The notes under the pieces: model-generated
Database searches by the model: none
The model's input: only the letters and a program-made list of their open reading frames with translations
What the model was told of the DNA's origin: nothing
Assembly (NCBI RefSeq): GCF_009914755.1
Contig: NC_060925.1
DNA from: the human T2T-CHM13v2.0 reference genome, Homo sapiens
Direction: 5' to 3' (one strand)
DNA length: 64,000 nucleotides
Made by a program: the position numbers and the translations under genes
Shown here: positions 39,130 through 52,643 of the stretch, one piece after another
Layout of the letters: the number at the start of each line of letters is the position of its first letter
How positions within the stretch are numbered: the stretch's first letter is position 1

Positions 39130-39143
39130 CCACTAGAGGGCAG
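39130..39143 (+). promoter_or_regulatory. Candidate CTCF site CCACTAGAGGGCAG
   Basis: Matches the CCASYAGRKGGCRS core, in unique intronic sequence. Confidence 0.5.
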
Positions 39144-39829
39144 GTTCCTCCCGGGCCCCATGGCCTTCCTGAAGCTGTGGCCTGCAGTCCCTGGAGCTGC
39201 CCAAATCCCCAGGGAAGGAGCCTGCAGCCCATTTGCCCTGAGGGACACCATTGGGCCCAATAAATGTCCCCAGATATTTCAAAGTCAGTCATTGGATAAA
39301 GGCGTAAATGGTCATAGATGGCCATGTTGGGACCAATGAGCTACTTTGTTTTGTTTTTTAACTTCATATAAATCATGGCTTTAAAACAATTAGAGTTGTT
39401 CAAAAATGGAATGAGTTGGTCTGGCAGTTAGTGAGTCTCAAGTGGGTGGAGCACTGGGGAGAGGATGTTGTAGGAGGGCCCATAGCTTGGATGGATGTAT
39501 GACTATAACAACTTCAGGCCCCCTCCCAAAGCCTGCTGTGTTCTGGGCTCCCCAGCACGCCGTGGAGAGGCACTGGGGCACTCTGTCCCTTCTTCTGAAG
39601 GAAGCAGACAAAGAAACCAAGAATCAGGGACAGCAGCCAGACTCTAATGGTGGAGCCATGGGGCAGGCAGGATTTGGGCAAGCCAGGAAGCATGGGATTT
39701 GCTTGGTTTCCCAACTCAGCCTGCTTCCAGAAGGTTTCCAACAGGGGATGCCTCGTGGGCTATGACCCCACTCGCACGCTCTAGCCATAATACCATATCA
39801 GCCCCACCCCAGCCGCCGGCATGCCTCAC

Positions 39830-40312
39830 CTCCGAAGGTCTTCAGGCGGGGGTACCCCCCGGCGCAGATTCACCCACTGCTGAAGCTGGTTCATGGAGCT
39901 CTTGCGCTGGGCAATTTTGTCAGGGTTGGTGCGTGGTGGGAAACTCCGCCGGTGTCCCCCAGTCTCTCCATCCTGAGACGGGAAAGCTGTGCTCCCTGGC
40001 CGGCTTGGGGAGTGGTACTGCCAGCCATTGGGCTGGGCAGGCTGTTCCCCACCCCCTGGCACTCTTGGGCCCTCGGGGTAAGGGCTGCCCGGCTCTGAGG
40101 CTGGCTCCGGTCCAGCTGGGAGGCCATTGGCTTTCACCGGAGGCTCTTTCTTGACTTCTGGCCTCTCAGGCCTTCTCTCTGCCTTCTCACAGCCTCGGCC
40201 ATCACCCTCCCCTCGAGTCTTGGCCTCTGGCTCAGGCTTAGGGAGGCTGTTGTGGGGTGGCTGCTGGTGGTGCTTGCTGGGTGGGACGTTCTCCGAGTCT
40301 GGCTTCTCATGG
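39830..40312 (-). CDS. PLEKHA6: PLEKHA6 exon HEKPDSENV...RKSSMNQLQQWVNLRRGVPPPEDLR
   Basis: 483 nt, phase 2/2, open frame (ORF 39826-40326), canonical sites. Confidence 0.96.
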
Positions 40313-41877
40313 CTGCAGGATGCCAAGGGAGATGCTGTCAGTGACTCTAGCCCAGCATGGAGTGGGGCAGGGGGTGCCAGACTGGGAAGAAGAGGAGTGG
40401 GGAAGGATGGGCAGGGAGGTGGCTGGAACCAGGATTCTATGAACTCCAGTTCTGCTTCCTAAGTCCCACCCCTTCACCTTCTCGCTCCAGCCTGGGAAAT
40501 TATTATACAACCTAATCCGCCCCTGCCCACACCTGCTGTGTTAACTCTGCCCCCCACGTCTTCTCTGCAGGTCATTCTCCACCCCACTCCCCTCTGTCAG
40601 TCTGCTTTGAGCCCAGCCTTCAAGCTATGGCATGACTAACCTCACCTAGTCTTGGTCCTCTCTGCGATCTATCCCTGACCCAGCTCCCCAAACTGGGTTT
40701 GCACTCACATCAGTAACTGTCCTTGATACTCCAGTGACAAAGGCTTGTCACGGGGCAGCTGTCTTTCTTATAGAAAGTTATTTAACTGCCAAGAGTCTTG
40801 GGCTCCTCATCAGCAGAATGGGCATAATAATAGCTCCCCTCCTAGGACTGCTGTGAGATAAAACATGGCGGGCACCAGGAGCAGAAGTTTCTGCTTTCAA
40901 ACTCACAAGCACATAAACACGCTAGTTCCCTTCTCCAAAACACATTTCTTCCAGGACTGACTTTCCATGAGAATACAGGCCCCACAAGGGTAGGAACATG
41001 GCAGACTTTCTTCCCCTGTGTTCCTAGCACCCACTACAGTGCCTTGCACATTTATATTTACAGTAAGTATTTGTGAAATGAATGAATGAACTCTTGGAAT
41101 TATGCCCCTTGGTTGAAGCGAAGATGGAAATTTGTGACAATTTTCCCCCTACAGCTTCCCAAACTCCACATATTCAAGTGGGATTGTTGAAACATTGCTT
41201 GGTAAACATTTCTAAGATATGTGGACTTGGAGCCTACACTGTGAAACCCCCTTTTCCTGGATCCCCCTTAGCACCTAACTCAAGACTCCACATCCAGTTA
41301 AGGGAGAGACAGACGCTGAGACCGTGGGTGACGGCGGGCGATGGGAGCGGCCATATGTTAAGAGTTTACTGCATGTTGAGTGTTTTACACGCACTCTGTG
41401 TAGGCCTCACAACAACCCTATGAGGTAGAGTTGTATTTGCTGGTTTTTGAGCAGAGGAACCTCGGGTTCAGAGAGGGTGAGTCCCTTGCACTGAGGTCAC
41501 GCTACAGCCAAGTGGACAAGGTGTGATTCAAACCTGAGTTTATTTTCCTCCAAAGGCGGTGTGCTTAACACACACAGCCGAGAAAAACCAGCAAATGACC
41601 CTGACCTCTGGCTCCTGGCCAGACCCCAATGGAACCTGGCTTTTCTCTTGGCCTTCCCGAGCTCAGAGAGAAGAGGAGGAGCTGGCTAGGGGAAGAGAGA
41701 CTTCAGGCTCTGAAATCACTCAGCCAGGCCTCCCGCCTGGATGCAAGGAGACGGCTCACACATTCTCCAGGGCTTCAAGTAGGCACACTGGGATTAGCAA
41801 TGGCCCAGAGCTGGGTGTGTCTTCCATTCCCCTCTTTATTCTTCCTGCACCCCCACACTCAATTCCCTGGCACTCAC

Positions 41878-42020
41878 CTGTGCCGCACAGCTTGGGGCAC
41901 TGACTTCTGGGCTGGAGGGATCTGTACTCGAGCAGCCTCCCCCATGGCCTGGATCCAGGCCTCTTGCTCCTCGGGGCTCTCGGCACTGAAGAAGTAGGTG
42001 CGGACCCCGGCATGCTCAGC
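41878..42020 (-). CDS. PLEKHA6: PLEKHA6 exon AEHAGVRTYFFSAESPEEQEAWIQAM...QAVRH (PH C-terminal helix)
   Basis: 143 nt, phase 0/2, donor GTGAGT, invariant PH Trp. Confidence 0.96.
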
Positions 42021-42080
42021 CTGTAGGGAGAGGCAGCGTGTGGAGCTGGCCTCGGCCTCATCCACCCAGCACACAGTCAC
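42021..42080 (-). CDS. PLEKHA6: Alternative upstream acceptor adding VTVCWVDEAEASSTRCLSLQ (20 aa) to the PH domain
   Basis: Acceptor tcttctcccaacag at 42081-82, exactly 60 nt upstream of the main acceptor, no stops. Confidence 0.6.
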
Positions 42081-45000
42081 CTGTTGGGAGAAGACACCAA
42101 CGCCCACAGAATGGGCAGTCAGTTGGGCCATTCCCTGCACCTGGGGCTCTTCCCCATGCGGAGCTCAGGAGCAAGGTGAAGAGGGCAGCTTGCAGCTACC
42201 CCGAGGGTTCCAGCTGGTACCCACGTATCCACCTTGGCTGGCTCTCTGGGCACCATTAGGCAGCCCAATAACCAGGTCAGCCTACTTGCCCCACCTGGGG
42301 TAATTAAAGCAGGAGGGACAATGATCACACCCATTCTCCCGGCAAATTCCATGTTTGATTTCAAAGGCAATGACCCCATGTCTGGGAGAGAGGACCCCCT
42401 GAGCCCATGCCAATCTTAGCCCCAGCTTCACTGCTGAGAAGCTAGCACTGTCTCTTCCACGTGGAGAGACAGCCAAGCCCCTCTCTGCAGGCATGCAAAG
42501 CAGGCACTGGCATACAGATGGGGCACACTACCTAGTTGGTGGCTGCGAGCAGGTACTGCGGGCGGGAACCCAGAAGAGAGCTCCTGTCCAGAGGAGGGGT
42601 CCTCACGCGGTCAGAAGGAGGAGAAGCAGAGAACAGGTCAACCAAACACCAAAGGGAGAGACAGAAGACGACGTGGCAGGAAACAGTGAGGAGCACAGGG
42701 AAGGGGGAATATTCAGATTGTCCTCTTCTACTCAGCATTCCCCCGGGAATGGCAGCACCCAACAATGCCCAGTTCTGCCTACCAAGGGGTGGGGAGTGGA
42801 GAGCTTGCACCAGGGAAATTCAGGCTGGTGGTGGAGAGTGAGTCAGGGAATCGCAGTGCTAAGCCTGGCTCTGCTCCTGACCAGCTCTGCAACTGCAGAC
42901 AAGTTGTGGTTTTGCTCTGGTCTTCACTGATGCATCTATTTCATGGGAAAAGAGTCTGCCTGGTGAAATTCAAAGTTCTTAGGCCACAAGGAAAAGAGGC
43001 CACAGGACTAAATGCTTTCTGGGACCTCAGCACACTTCCCAGTGAGATCCTCAGTAGCCTAGCTTAGCCCACTCAACAGGGGACATCTAGCAGTGATTCA
43101 GAGTCTCGGATGTGAGCCTCACTCCAGCCTCTGACCCCTTGAGCCCTAAATCCTGGGTCTCTGGGGGTTGAGATAGCTTCAGGGCTCCCCTGAACAGCAA
43201 CGTCAAGCCCACACCCTCTAAATGCTCAAAAGATTCCTCAGCTGCAGCTGGTCCCACCTCGCCTCCACCTGTCCCCAGCCCTCATTTTCTTTCTGACAGG
43301 AGCCATTACCCAGCAAGAGGCAGGGGTGGGCCTCCTTCCTCTGGTCCCCACCCTCCAGCAGAGGGCTTAGCATGTAGGTGTGGGAGAGGGCAGGGGAGGT
43401 GTTGACAAAAAGCCAGTGAAGACTAAGAAGCTGAGACTTGCGACGGATAGGGGATAGAGAGACCAGGGGCCCAAGCAAGCCTTCTAGGTGGAGAACACAG
43501 GGTTATTGTAGAGCGGAGACACACAGGCAGGGCTCGTGGGTGTGTCCTGGGGTGGGTGGGAGCGGGCAGCAAATGAATTCATCAATTCAATGAGCATCCA
43601 GGGAGCAGCCTGTGTGTGCAGAACTCGCTGGGGGCACCAGTCACAAGGAAGGCAAAGACAGGCTCTTGCACTTGAAGAGCTGACAGTCACGCTGGGGGAC
43701 AAAACATGCCGCGGGAAACAAGGAGAGAGCAGAGGCACAGGGACAAGTGCTGTGACAGGAGAAGGCAGAGGGCCTGGGAAAAGACAGGGCCATTGATGGG
43801 GAGTGGGTAGGGGCGCTGGCCTGGAACTATGAAAGGGGGCCAGAGAATTGAGGGAGCTGTCCCAGCGGGGCAAAGCCCCCGGAGCCTCTGTGGGGCCAGA
43901 GTTAGGGAGAGGTTAAGGCATTCAGCGGTAGCCTGGGCAGGAACAGTTCCTGGCTCATTCTTAGCCATCCAAGAGTTTCGCTCGGTGGCCACAACAGGAC
44001 AAGCCTCCCATCTGTCTCAGCTCCCCTCCCTTCCCTGGGGAAGGGCCATGGAATAGCCACAATCAGAACCCTTTGTGGGCCACCGAGCACAGCCCTCAGA
44101 GTCAGGTTTAAAAGAGGCAGCGCAGTGTGGGGGAAGGAGGCGAGGGGCTGGTGGGCAGAGAGGTGATATCTGGGATCTGTGGTGGAGGGAGTGTGTCAGT
44201 CACTCGGGGATGTTTATCTCACGCCTGCTGCTGGCAGAGCTCCGAGCTGGAACGTGTCTGTGTCTCTGCACAGGTCTGGTGGGGAGGGTGAGACAGGCTG
44301 TTTGATTGTGTGTGTGGGTGTGTGTGTGTGTGTCTGTGTATAACAGGACTACTTGTTGTTGGTTAAACAGCCTGTTCCTATTTCCCCAGCTAGAACTGGC
44401 TCCCTGGAGTCAGAGCTTTATTAATTGTTCATTCTCTTCACACCTCTGGCATACAAGACCCCGGGAGGCTGGAAACTAATTATGTGCCAAATAAGTCCTT
44501 CCTTGCTCCCTGTAGCGGGCCCTGTGCATGCTGCCCAGCTCTCTTCTGTGGCCAGGTGACTGGAGCCTGAAGGACAGGAAGGGACAGAGTCCCTTCTTCT
44601 AAGGCTCTAGAAGCTCAAGGAGTGACCTACAGATCCAGTCATCTAATATCATAGCTTTGAAGGGTCTTGGACAGCAATTGTCAATTAGGGGAGAGAGGGC
44701 TTTGTACCAAGAAAATGTGTGGTTGGTATTATAATTTTATATTTGGAAAATGAAAAGGGACCTATGATTTTTACATCATAAAATACGAAAGGGCATGAGA
44801 TTTTTATAGTTTCTGATGGGTCGTGACTTTTTAAACGTGGAAAAACACTGGCCTAGGATGAGCCAGCTGCAGGCACATCTTTAACGGGTGGCTCCCCAGG
44901 GGTTCAAGGCAGTGATATTGAGCAGGCAGGAAAGGCCCATGTTCCTGTGCACTTGTTCTCTCAAATGGTTTCTTCGTAAGATTTGCAGCTCTTGTGGAAT

Positions 45001-45513
45001 GAAACTCAACTTCTAATATTCGTTAAAGATTGAAATTTGAGTAACTTTGACTTGGGGGTAGGTCCAGTTTCCTGAAACCACGGTGGGGAGGAAGCCTTTC
45101 CAGAAAAGGTCTCAGAACCCACCAGCCACAGCTCCTGCCTCTGCCCAGAGGGATTTCCCAGGGGCAGGAACTGGGCAAAAAGTCCAAGGACTAAGAACAT
45201 AACTATTCCTGCCCCAGTAACAATTGTGGTGCTGCTGAAACACATCTCTACTGGCCCACTCTTAGGAGAATTGCCCACCCAACCCCCAAGAGAGGAGGAA
45301 GGTCCCAGCATAGCCTTGCTCTAGCCTTACAAGAGACTGTGCTGAGTCTAGGGGCCATTACTACTCCTCCTCCCCCAACCCACCACCACTGCTATGGCCA
45401 CCACCACCTGGGATTCCTTAGAGCGATGGCTCTTGGCCCTTCTCCATTCCCATAGGCTCTAGAAGAGCAGGCCTTCCTTCCCCACCTGCCCTGGGAAGGG
45501 AAGGCCAACTGAC

Positions 45514-45614
45514 CTTAAACGTGTGTTTCCGGCTGATGTTGTCTGAGGGCTGCACTGCGGCTACCCGGAAGCTCAGGAGGGGGATGCTGCCCAGGATACT
45601 CTCTTCCTTCTCAT
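45514..45614 (-). CDS. PLEKHA6: PLEKHA6 exon DEKEESILGSIPLLSF...SRKHTFK (PH domain)
   Basis: 101 nt, phase 1/0, donor GTCAGT. Confidence 0.96.
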
Positions 45615-47522
45615 CTGTCAGGGAGAGAGGCACAAGAAGGGTGTGTGTGTGTGTGCAAGCGTGCGCGTGCGCCAGGGGTGGGGAGGAGTGTGTTGTCCCT
45701 CCCTGATAAATATCAATACATATTTGTTGTTCACCTCCTGTTTGTCAGGCACTCAGGGCCACCACACATGCTCCGAGAGGACACTCCCTGGAGTTAGGGA
45801 GTGTGGTGGCCCTGGAGATGCTGTTCCAGACACTGGGACTACAGAGGTGAGTAAGAGAGAAGTAGTGCCTACCCTAAAGGAATTTGCATTCTAGTGCACA
45901 AATAAACAAAGAAATAACAGCTGATATTTTGGAAGCGTTCAGGCACTGTTCTAAGTGAAATGCCTTCATGGATTTAATCCTCCCAACAAACCTATGAGGA
46001 GGTACTATTATTACCCTCATTTTATAGGTAAGGAAGCTGAGACACAAAGAGGTTAGATGATTTATCCAAGGTTACTTAGGCAACAAGTGGTAAAATTGGT
46101 CTTCAAACACAAAAACTGAACTCCAAAGCTAGCATTGTTGACCACTATCCTATCTATCCTGCCTCGCTAAATGAGACCATCCCAGCAGTGACATATGTAA
46201 CAAGGTGATGGGATAGATCATTGTAGAGTGGACTATCCCACCTTCTGCTCTCTGGTGCCTCTGGGTAACTCTTTCTAAGGTTCTCCCTGGCACTCAGAGC
46301 CTGCTTTGCCCTTTTCTGCTGCAGATCCCTGCTGAGGTTCTATGTCTCCACAGGAAAAGGAGTGCTCCCTGCATGGAGTGCTCTGGCCCTCTCCTCCCTG
46401 GGATTGGGCTAACAGTCCAGCTATTACATAATTCATCCCGGATCTCCAAAGGAGCCTGATGGATTGGCCAGTTGGGCCCCAGCTGGAAGCAGGAAGCAAG
46501 AAAGGGCGGGGAGTGCTCTGTGGGACAGTGGGGGGGACAATTATGAGACTATGGCAAGGCCCTCTCCAATTCCCTGGGATCACTATTTGTTCCCCAGGCT
46601 GGGGACTCTGAAAAGCCTTTGGCTAGGGTTCAGAAGAAACCTCTGTAGGGTTATAAACTCCTTAAGCCCTGCTTCTCCTCCTACTCATCACATCTACACG
46701 ATACTTGGCCCACAGATCAGCTTCTCTGTTTGGACCCCAGCATGGTACCTGGAGGAAGGGGTAAACCAGAGTAGTAGGAGGCACTTGGGGTTGGACCCCA
46801 GGGCTGCCTTCAGGAGAGCTGAGGCTCTTGTCCTCCAGAGATGGAGCCCCTGCATGACAGAGTCCAGGCCAGCATTTAGGGGAGTCCTGGGTCCATCTCT
46901 TTGTGAACAGTGGCCCCCATTTTGGTGTGTCCTGAGCCTTTGGGTTCTCAGCTCCTTGAGGTTCTACCCCCACTGCTTCCCAAAGACTCTCCTGTGCAGA
47001 GACCCCCAATTTTCCTCCAGTTTCATTCCCACTCTGGCTCCACTGTGGCCCCGTATCCTGGAGGCTCAGCACCTCGGTCCTGGGCCTGGGCAGATTCCTC
47101 TCCCTGAGTCTTGGGCTTTTCTCTGGGACTGGACTCTGTATGCTCAGCCCCTTCCTGATTTCCCTCCTTGGGGTTCAGGTGGCTGCAATACAGCAACCAG
47201 CAACAGCAGTGCTCTGCAGGGTCACTGGGTACAACCTTTGTTTGCCAAAGTTAATGATTCACTGAATTGCTCCCACGAGGACTGGAAATCAGGGCTGTGC
47301 CTTCCTGGGCCAAGGGAGTGAAGGAAAGAGCCTCTCCTGCTTCATAACAATTGTACCCTCTCTCCTCTCATCCCTCACGCCTATTTCCTCCCCTGCATCC
47401 ACATGGCGCCACCATCACTGACCTCAACCCTTGCTGGTGCCCTCAGCCTGCCTTGGCACAACTTTTAAAAATAGAGAGTAGGGAGAGGGTGTTGGGGTCA
47501 GCAGAGAAGGTGAAGCCAGAGG

Positions 47523-47670
47523 ACATGTTCACTCATTCAGTATTGACTGAGCACCGACTAAATGGCAGGTAGTGTTTTAGGTGCTGTGGATACAGCAGTG
47601 ACCAACACTGACAAAAGTTCCTGCCTTCACAGATGGGACTGTGCATTCCAGTGGGATAGGAGGAAAGGCC
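47523..47670. mobile_element. L2 3'-end fragment; further L2-like pieces at ~1740-1815, 49240-51330 and 59380-59430
   Basis: CATTCAGTATTGACTGAGCACC...GTGCTGTGGATACAGCAGTGA L2 tail. Confidence 0.65.
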
Positions 47671-48044
47671 ACACACAAGCTCCAATTAGTAGGTGACCTA
47701 CTAGTAGTGACTAGTGACCTCCTCCTCTTTGTGCTCATCCTCTCTCCCCATTCCTCCAGGACTTCACCAGCCATATGACCACCTTGTTCACCCAGTGTAT
47801 CACTGGAACTCTGCCTGAGACCTAGCAAGCATTGTTGAATGTGAACTGAATGGGTGAGTAAGTGAGTGTGTGAGTGAACAAGTGAGCTTTGTTTTTATCC
47901 TGCTGCCACTGGTGCCAGGACCACAGTGAGGAGATCTGCCCTGCTGGTGCCCATCCAAAGCCAAGCTCGGGGATATGGCAGAATGAGAAAGAGTAGTGGG
48001 TCCTGGCTTCCTGCCATCCCTGCCAGTCCAAGGGCCAAGCTCAC

Positions 48045-48117
48045 CTTTATAGTAGAAGAGGCAGCGATCCACCAGGACGAACCAGCGCTTGTTCCACTGC
48101 TTAACCCCGGAGCTGGC
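48045..48117 (-). CDS. PLEKHA6: PLEKHA6 exon ASSGVKQWNKRWFVLVDRCLFYYK (PH domain)
   Basis: 73 nt, phase 0/1, WxKRWFVL PH motif, canonical splice sites. Confidence 0.97.
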
Positions 48118-48776
48118 CTGCGGGACATGGGAGAGGCAGATGTGAGGGCTGCAAGCTGGACGTGGACGAGGAGATGGGATGCAGGGAAAAGGGCACAGTG
48201 CCAATTATAAGGACATCCTGGCCCTAGCTGCGGCTCTGCTGTTAATGCACGGCAGCAACCCCTGGAGACCTCAGATGCAAGGAACTGACATTAGATTGTT
48301 GCCTGTGACCTTCCAGTTCTGTCATTCAGTGCCTCCCCTGGGGAGGATAACAGGGGCAAGAGATGGGCAGAATGAGTGAGTGGAAGGGCAGGCAGGGATA
48401 GTGGCAAGGCCAATCTGGTGCCAATCGGTGGACCCTAGACTAGCAGGAGACACCCCTACCCCCCACCATAATAAGCAGGACCTGCTGGGGAGCTAGTGGG
48501 TTGTTCCCATGGGGTTGGGGATTCAGCATGTTTCAAGGTCATTGCATCTGTCCATAGGAAACCGGGCTGGGTTCCCAAGTTTGACACAAATTTTTCTGTG
48601 TGATTTTGGGAAGATACTCAGTTTCTCTGAGCCTTTATAAAATTAGGAGACTCATTCACAGAGACAGCAGGGGGACATACCAAAAAAATACACAGCCTGT
48701 CATAAGCACAGAGGAATCCTTATTCTGTGAGGAGAAGGTGGAGGCTACGGTGGCCAGAACCGCAGGGTGGCCTCAC

Positions 48777-48881
48777 CTGTTTGAAGAGCCAGCCCGCCTT
48801 GGTGACAGGTGCATTGGGGTTCCGCTTCATGGAGTGTGAGCGCTTGCCAAAGGCGATGGCTTTGCGGGCTGTGCGAGTTGC
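48777..48881 (-). CDS. PLEKHA6: PLEKHA6 exon ATRTARKAIAFGKRSHSMKRNPNAPVTKAGWLFKQ (start of PH domain)
   Basis: 105 nt, phase 0/0, AG and GTGAGG boundaries, KAGWLFKQ PH beta1 motif. Confidence 0.96.
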
Positions 48882-51604
48882 CTGGGGGCAGAGAGAGAAG
48901 CTGATCTAGGTCCCCAGTCTCCTCCTTCCTGCTTTATCTGCAAGGGAGCCACCCCTGCTAGAGCTGCTTCTCCCTAGGGTTAACCCTGGGGTGCCCTCAC
49001 ACCAAGGGGCCCAGGTGTGAATCTTGGATCTATTACTAATTCAAGAGCAGAGACTTTCAGTTCTTTGGCAATTTTTCTCATTTCTAAAATAGGGCTCAAA
49101 ATAATAGTTCCAAAAAATAAAATAATAGTCCTCCCTGTCTCACAGCCTTTTTTTTTTTTTTGGAGGTGAAAATAATAAGATTTCCAATTTCACTCTGGCC
49201 TATCCTACTCCCAACCTCCTACTCCCTCTCTCTTCCACAGTGTGTTCTGGAAGTTAACTCCCTGCATCCTCCTGCTCTGGGAGTCCTGTTCGTCATCTCA
49301 TGCCCAACATAACACAGAGCCAGGAGGAGAGACGGGTGTTCTCCTAGCTCTGTGTTGCCACGTGGACCCTGTCATTCTTCCACACTCTGGCAATAGTCCA
49401 CCTTTCTGGAAGCACCACTGCCTGATCTCCCACTGTTTAATCCTTCTCATCACTGTCCGCTTCTCAATCGTTCTTTCAGTCTAAGGGTTTTGATGTTAGT
49501 CCTCCTCTTCATTCTGTCCTGCATCACTGTGGAAAATCTCCTTGCTCAGGAGCATGACCCATCAATGCCCTAACTTTACACAGCCTTGATGTCCCCGGCT
49601 CCAGCACCCTCCACCTGCACTCCAGCGATGCTCCCAGGGCTACACCTTTAATCTTCTCAGCACCCCAAGCCCCTCTGCGGCTAACATCTTCACTTCCAGG
49701 ATTCCTGCTTTCTGATCCCAACATTCCACCCTTTGGGCTTTCTCACTCCATTAACTCAACACCAGCTTTTCTACTCCATTGAGGTCCCCAGCTCCTCAAT
49801 TCTTGTCTTTTTTTCTGGACCCATCAGCTCCTCCCGGTTTTCGTTACTTCCCTACAAAGCCTGGCCCCATGGTGGAGTATATCAACCCGGCTCTCAGAAA
49901 CCTCATCTATTGTCTTCCTACCTCACCTTCTCTAAAACTCAATATGGCACTCCAAATTAATCAAATTGTCTACTCTCCCTGCACTCATAGCCAGATTATG
50001 GTGCTGCTGGAGAATAAAAAAAAAAAAATCACACTGCCATACAGATGAGGTTGCCACAGAGCCACAGTCCCAATCCCAGGAGGCTCAGCCCCAGATGGCA
50101 GCTCCACCCCACACCCTCACCATCCTTCCCAGCCCCCCGACCTCCCCTGCCTCTGTCCTCCCGACAATGGACCTGCTCCTCCACAGAGAAATTTGAGGCT
50201 ATTAGACATGCACTCCCTCAATGTCACACCCTTTTACCTAGAAAATGACTGTCCTTACACTATCTTTGCCTCTTCCCCTCCAATGTCAAAAGAAGAGGTG
50301 CTGCCCTCCTTCCAAGGCTAAACACTTCTAACCCATTGTGTCCTCTGAGACTTAGCTCCACCGATCATCTCCTCTCAAATATGTTTCTGATGCTTCCTCC
50401 TCCACTGATGTCTTCTCCTTAGCAGATGCACTCAAGTCTCTCCATCTGAAAATGTCTCTGTCTCTCTCTCATGCTCCCACACACATACCCAAATTCCCCC
50501 TTCAATACACCCAATGTCCACTGTGAGGTAATACCTTCCCTTACTTACTCTTCAGTCCTAGGCTCCTGGGAAGAGTCTCAACTTTCTCTCCCTCCAACAC
50601 TCCTAAACCTCCTCTACCTATTTTCTGAAATGGCTGTTGCACTGTTATGGAATTAAGGCCACTCACTCTAAAGCACTGGGCAGTCTTAACCTTTCTGACT
50701 TTCCTGAAACTCTTCTTTGGATTTCTACAAGACTATTGTTTCCCTTTCAATACCTCCATCTGTGGCCACTCCTTCTCAATCTCCTCTACTTCCACTCTCC
50801 AAGTGTTGGTGGGCCGCAATCACACTTTTATTATTTTATTTTTATTTTCTCATTTTTACATCGTGCCTGTGTTACCTCATCCATACCCATTGCTTGAGCT
50901 ATAAGCAATATGATAAAATCTCCCTAAGCTATAGCCAAGACCTGTCTTCCAGCTCAACCCATTTTATACCTGCTTGTCTGCCAGGATTAAGTAAGTGCAA
51001 AACTGAACTAATTTTCTTTCTAACCAAGCCTGTTCTGCACTTCTCATCTTGGTGAATGGTACCATGAGCCACCTAGCCACCCACCCCAGAACTCCACGTT
51101 ATCTTACATAGGTCCCTCATTCCTCTGTTCCATTACACAATCATGTATACAGGGCTGATGAGTCTGTCTTCTTAATAGTTCTCAAATCTGCTCTTGCCTC
51201 TCAAATTCCACTACCGTGGTCTTAAAGGTCCTCATCACTTCTTGCTGTCCGCCCTCTACAATGAACTAAGGTTTTTTTCCAAAACACAAATAATCCTATT
51301 TCTCTCTTGCACTCGTCACTTAAGAGAGAGGTTGGATTCCTCAGCACAGCACAGAGGACAGGTTTGTGAGATATGGCAGGGCCTGTCACCCACCTTCTGC
51401 CCCTTCACCAGACAGGCCCTGCTTCTGGTTCTCTCCATCCTCCCGTGCCTTTCGCAGTGTGCTCCCTGGCATTGGGGGAGGACCCGTCTTCCCTTGGCCA
51501 CTGTCACATCCCAACTTATGCTTTAAAGTTTGCTGCAGACTCCCCCACTCCACGAAGTCCTGATCCCCCTGAGTGGTTAGCTGCACACTACTGTCCACAC
51601 ATCT

Positions 51605-51808
51605 GGACAGTCCAAGCCATGGCCCGTGGGCCACACGCAGCCCAGGATGGCTTTGAATGCAGCCCAACACAAACTTTCTTAAAACATTATGATTTTTTTT
51701 TCTTAGTTCATCAGATATTGTTTGTGTTAGTGTATTTTATGTGTGGCCCAAGACAATTTTTCTTCTTCCAGTGTGGCCCAGGGAAGCCAAAAGATTGGAC
51801 ACCCCTTG
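51605..51808 (-). mobile_element. MER30 (hAT-Charlie)
   Basis: GTGTGGCCCAGGGAAGCCAAAAGATTGGACACCCC terminal sequence. Confidence 0.75.
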
Positions 51809-52465
51809 CCTAAAACCTGTCACAATGCAGCTTTCTATCTCTTCCATTGCACCATGAGCTCTTTGCAGGGAGGAACTTTTGTCTTTTTCATCTCTTTATC
51901 ACCAGAGCCAGCAAGGTATCCAGCCATAACAAGCACTCAGCAACTGTTTGTAGAAGGAAGTAAGGAAGAAATTGGTCTTTATTATAAAGTACTCCCACAA
52001 CTGGGAAATAACATTATTATCTGAACATTACTAACAAAAATACACATATAATGACTGAGATTTGCCATTGGAAGAAGTCACCACAACCCTACGCAAATCT
52101 CTAAATCCTTCCCTTTTCTCTCAGTCCAACACTTTCATAATTCTACCTCTTCTCTCCAGTGGTAAACTATGGTAAACTCCACCCATAGTTTACCACTCCA
52201 GACAACCTCCCACTAACTCCTGAATATCCTGGCCTCCTATCTTTCTGCCACAGCTTCTCGGCAAACTGAGGCTAATCCAGCTACCTGCCTTCCCTGCTCT
52301 CACAGCCAGGCTATGAGCATGCTGGAGGAAAACCACACAAACCTGCAGATTTAGGGCTGCACAGAATCATCTGCCCCAGATGATCCTTTGAAATTATAGG
52401 GCAACATTTCATGTGTCCTTCATTGACCATCATTCCTGTTTCCCAAACCTGTATCACGTATTTTC

Positions 52466-52643
52466 TTTTTTTTTATTATTATTATACTTAAAGTTTTAGA
52501 GTACATGTGCACAACGTGCAGGTTTGTTACATATATATACATGTGCCATGTTGGTGTGCTGCACCCATTGACTTATCATTTACATTAGGTATATCTCCTA
52601 ATGCTATCCCTCTCCCTTCCCCGGATTAAGAAAATGTGGCACA
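52466..52643 (-). mobile_element. 5'-truncated L1PA 3' end with a short 5' inversion
   Basis: L1 3'UTR tail 52466-52622; oppositely oriented ORF2 piece GGATTAAGAAAATGTGGCACA; 16-bp TSD TGTATCACGTATTTTC (52450-65 and 52644-59). Confidence 0.88.

Noticed and set aside
46464-47321. 285-aa plus-strand ORF
   Set aside because: Non-ATG start, intronic and antisense, no recognisable domain or splice context; expected by chance in GC-rich DNA
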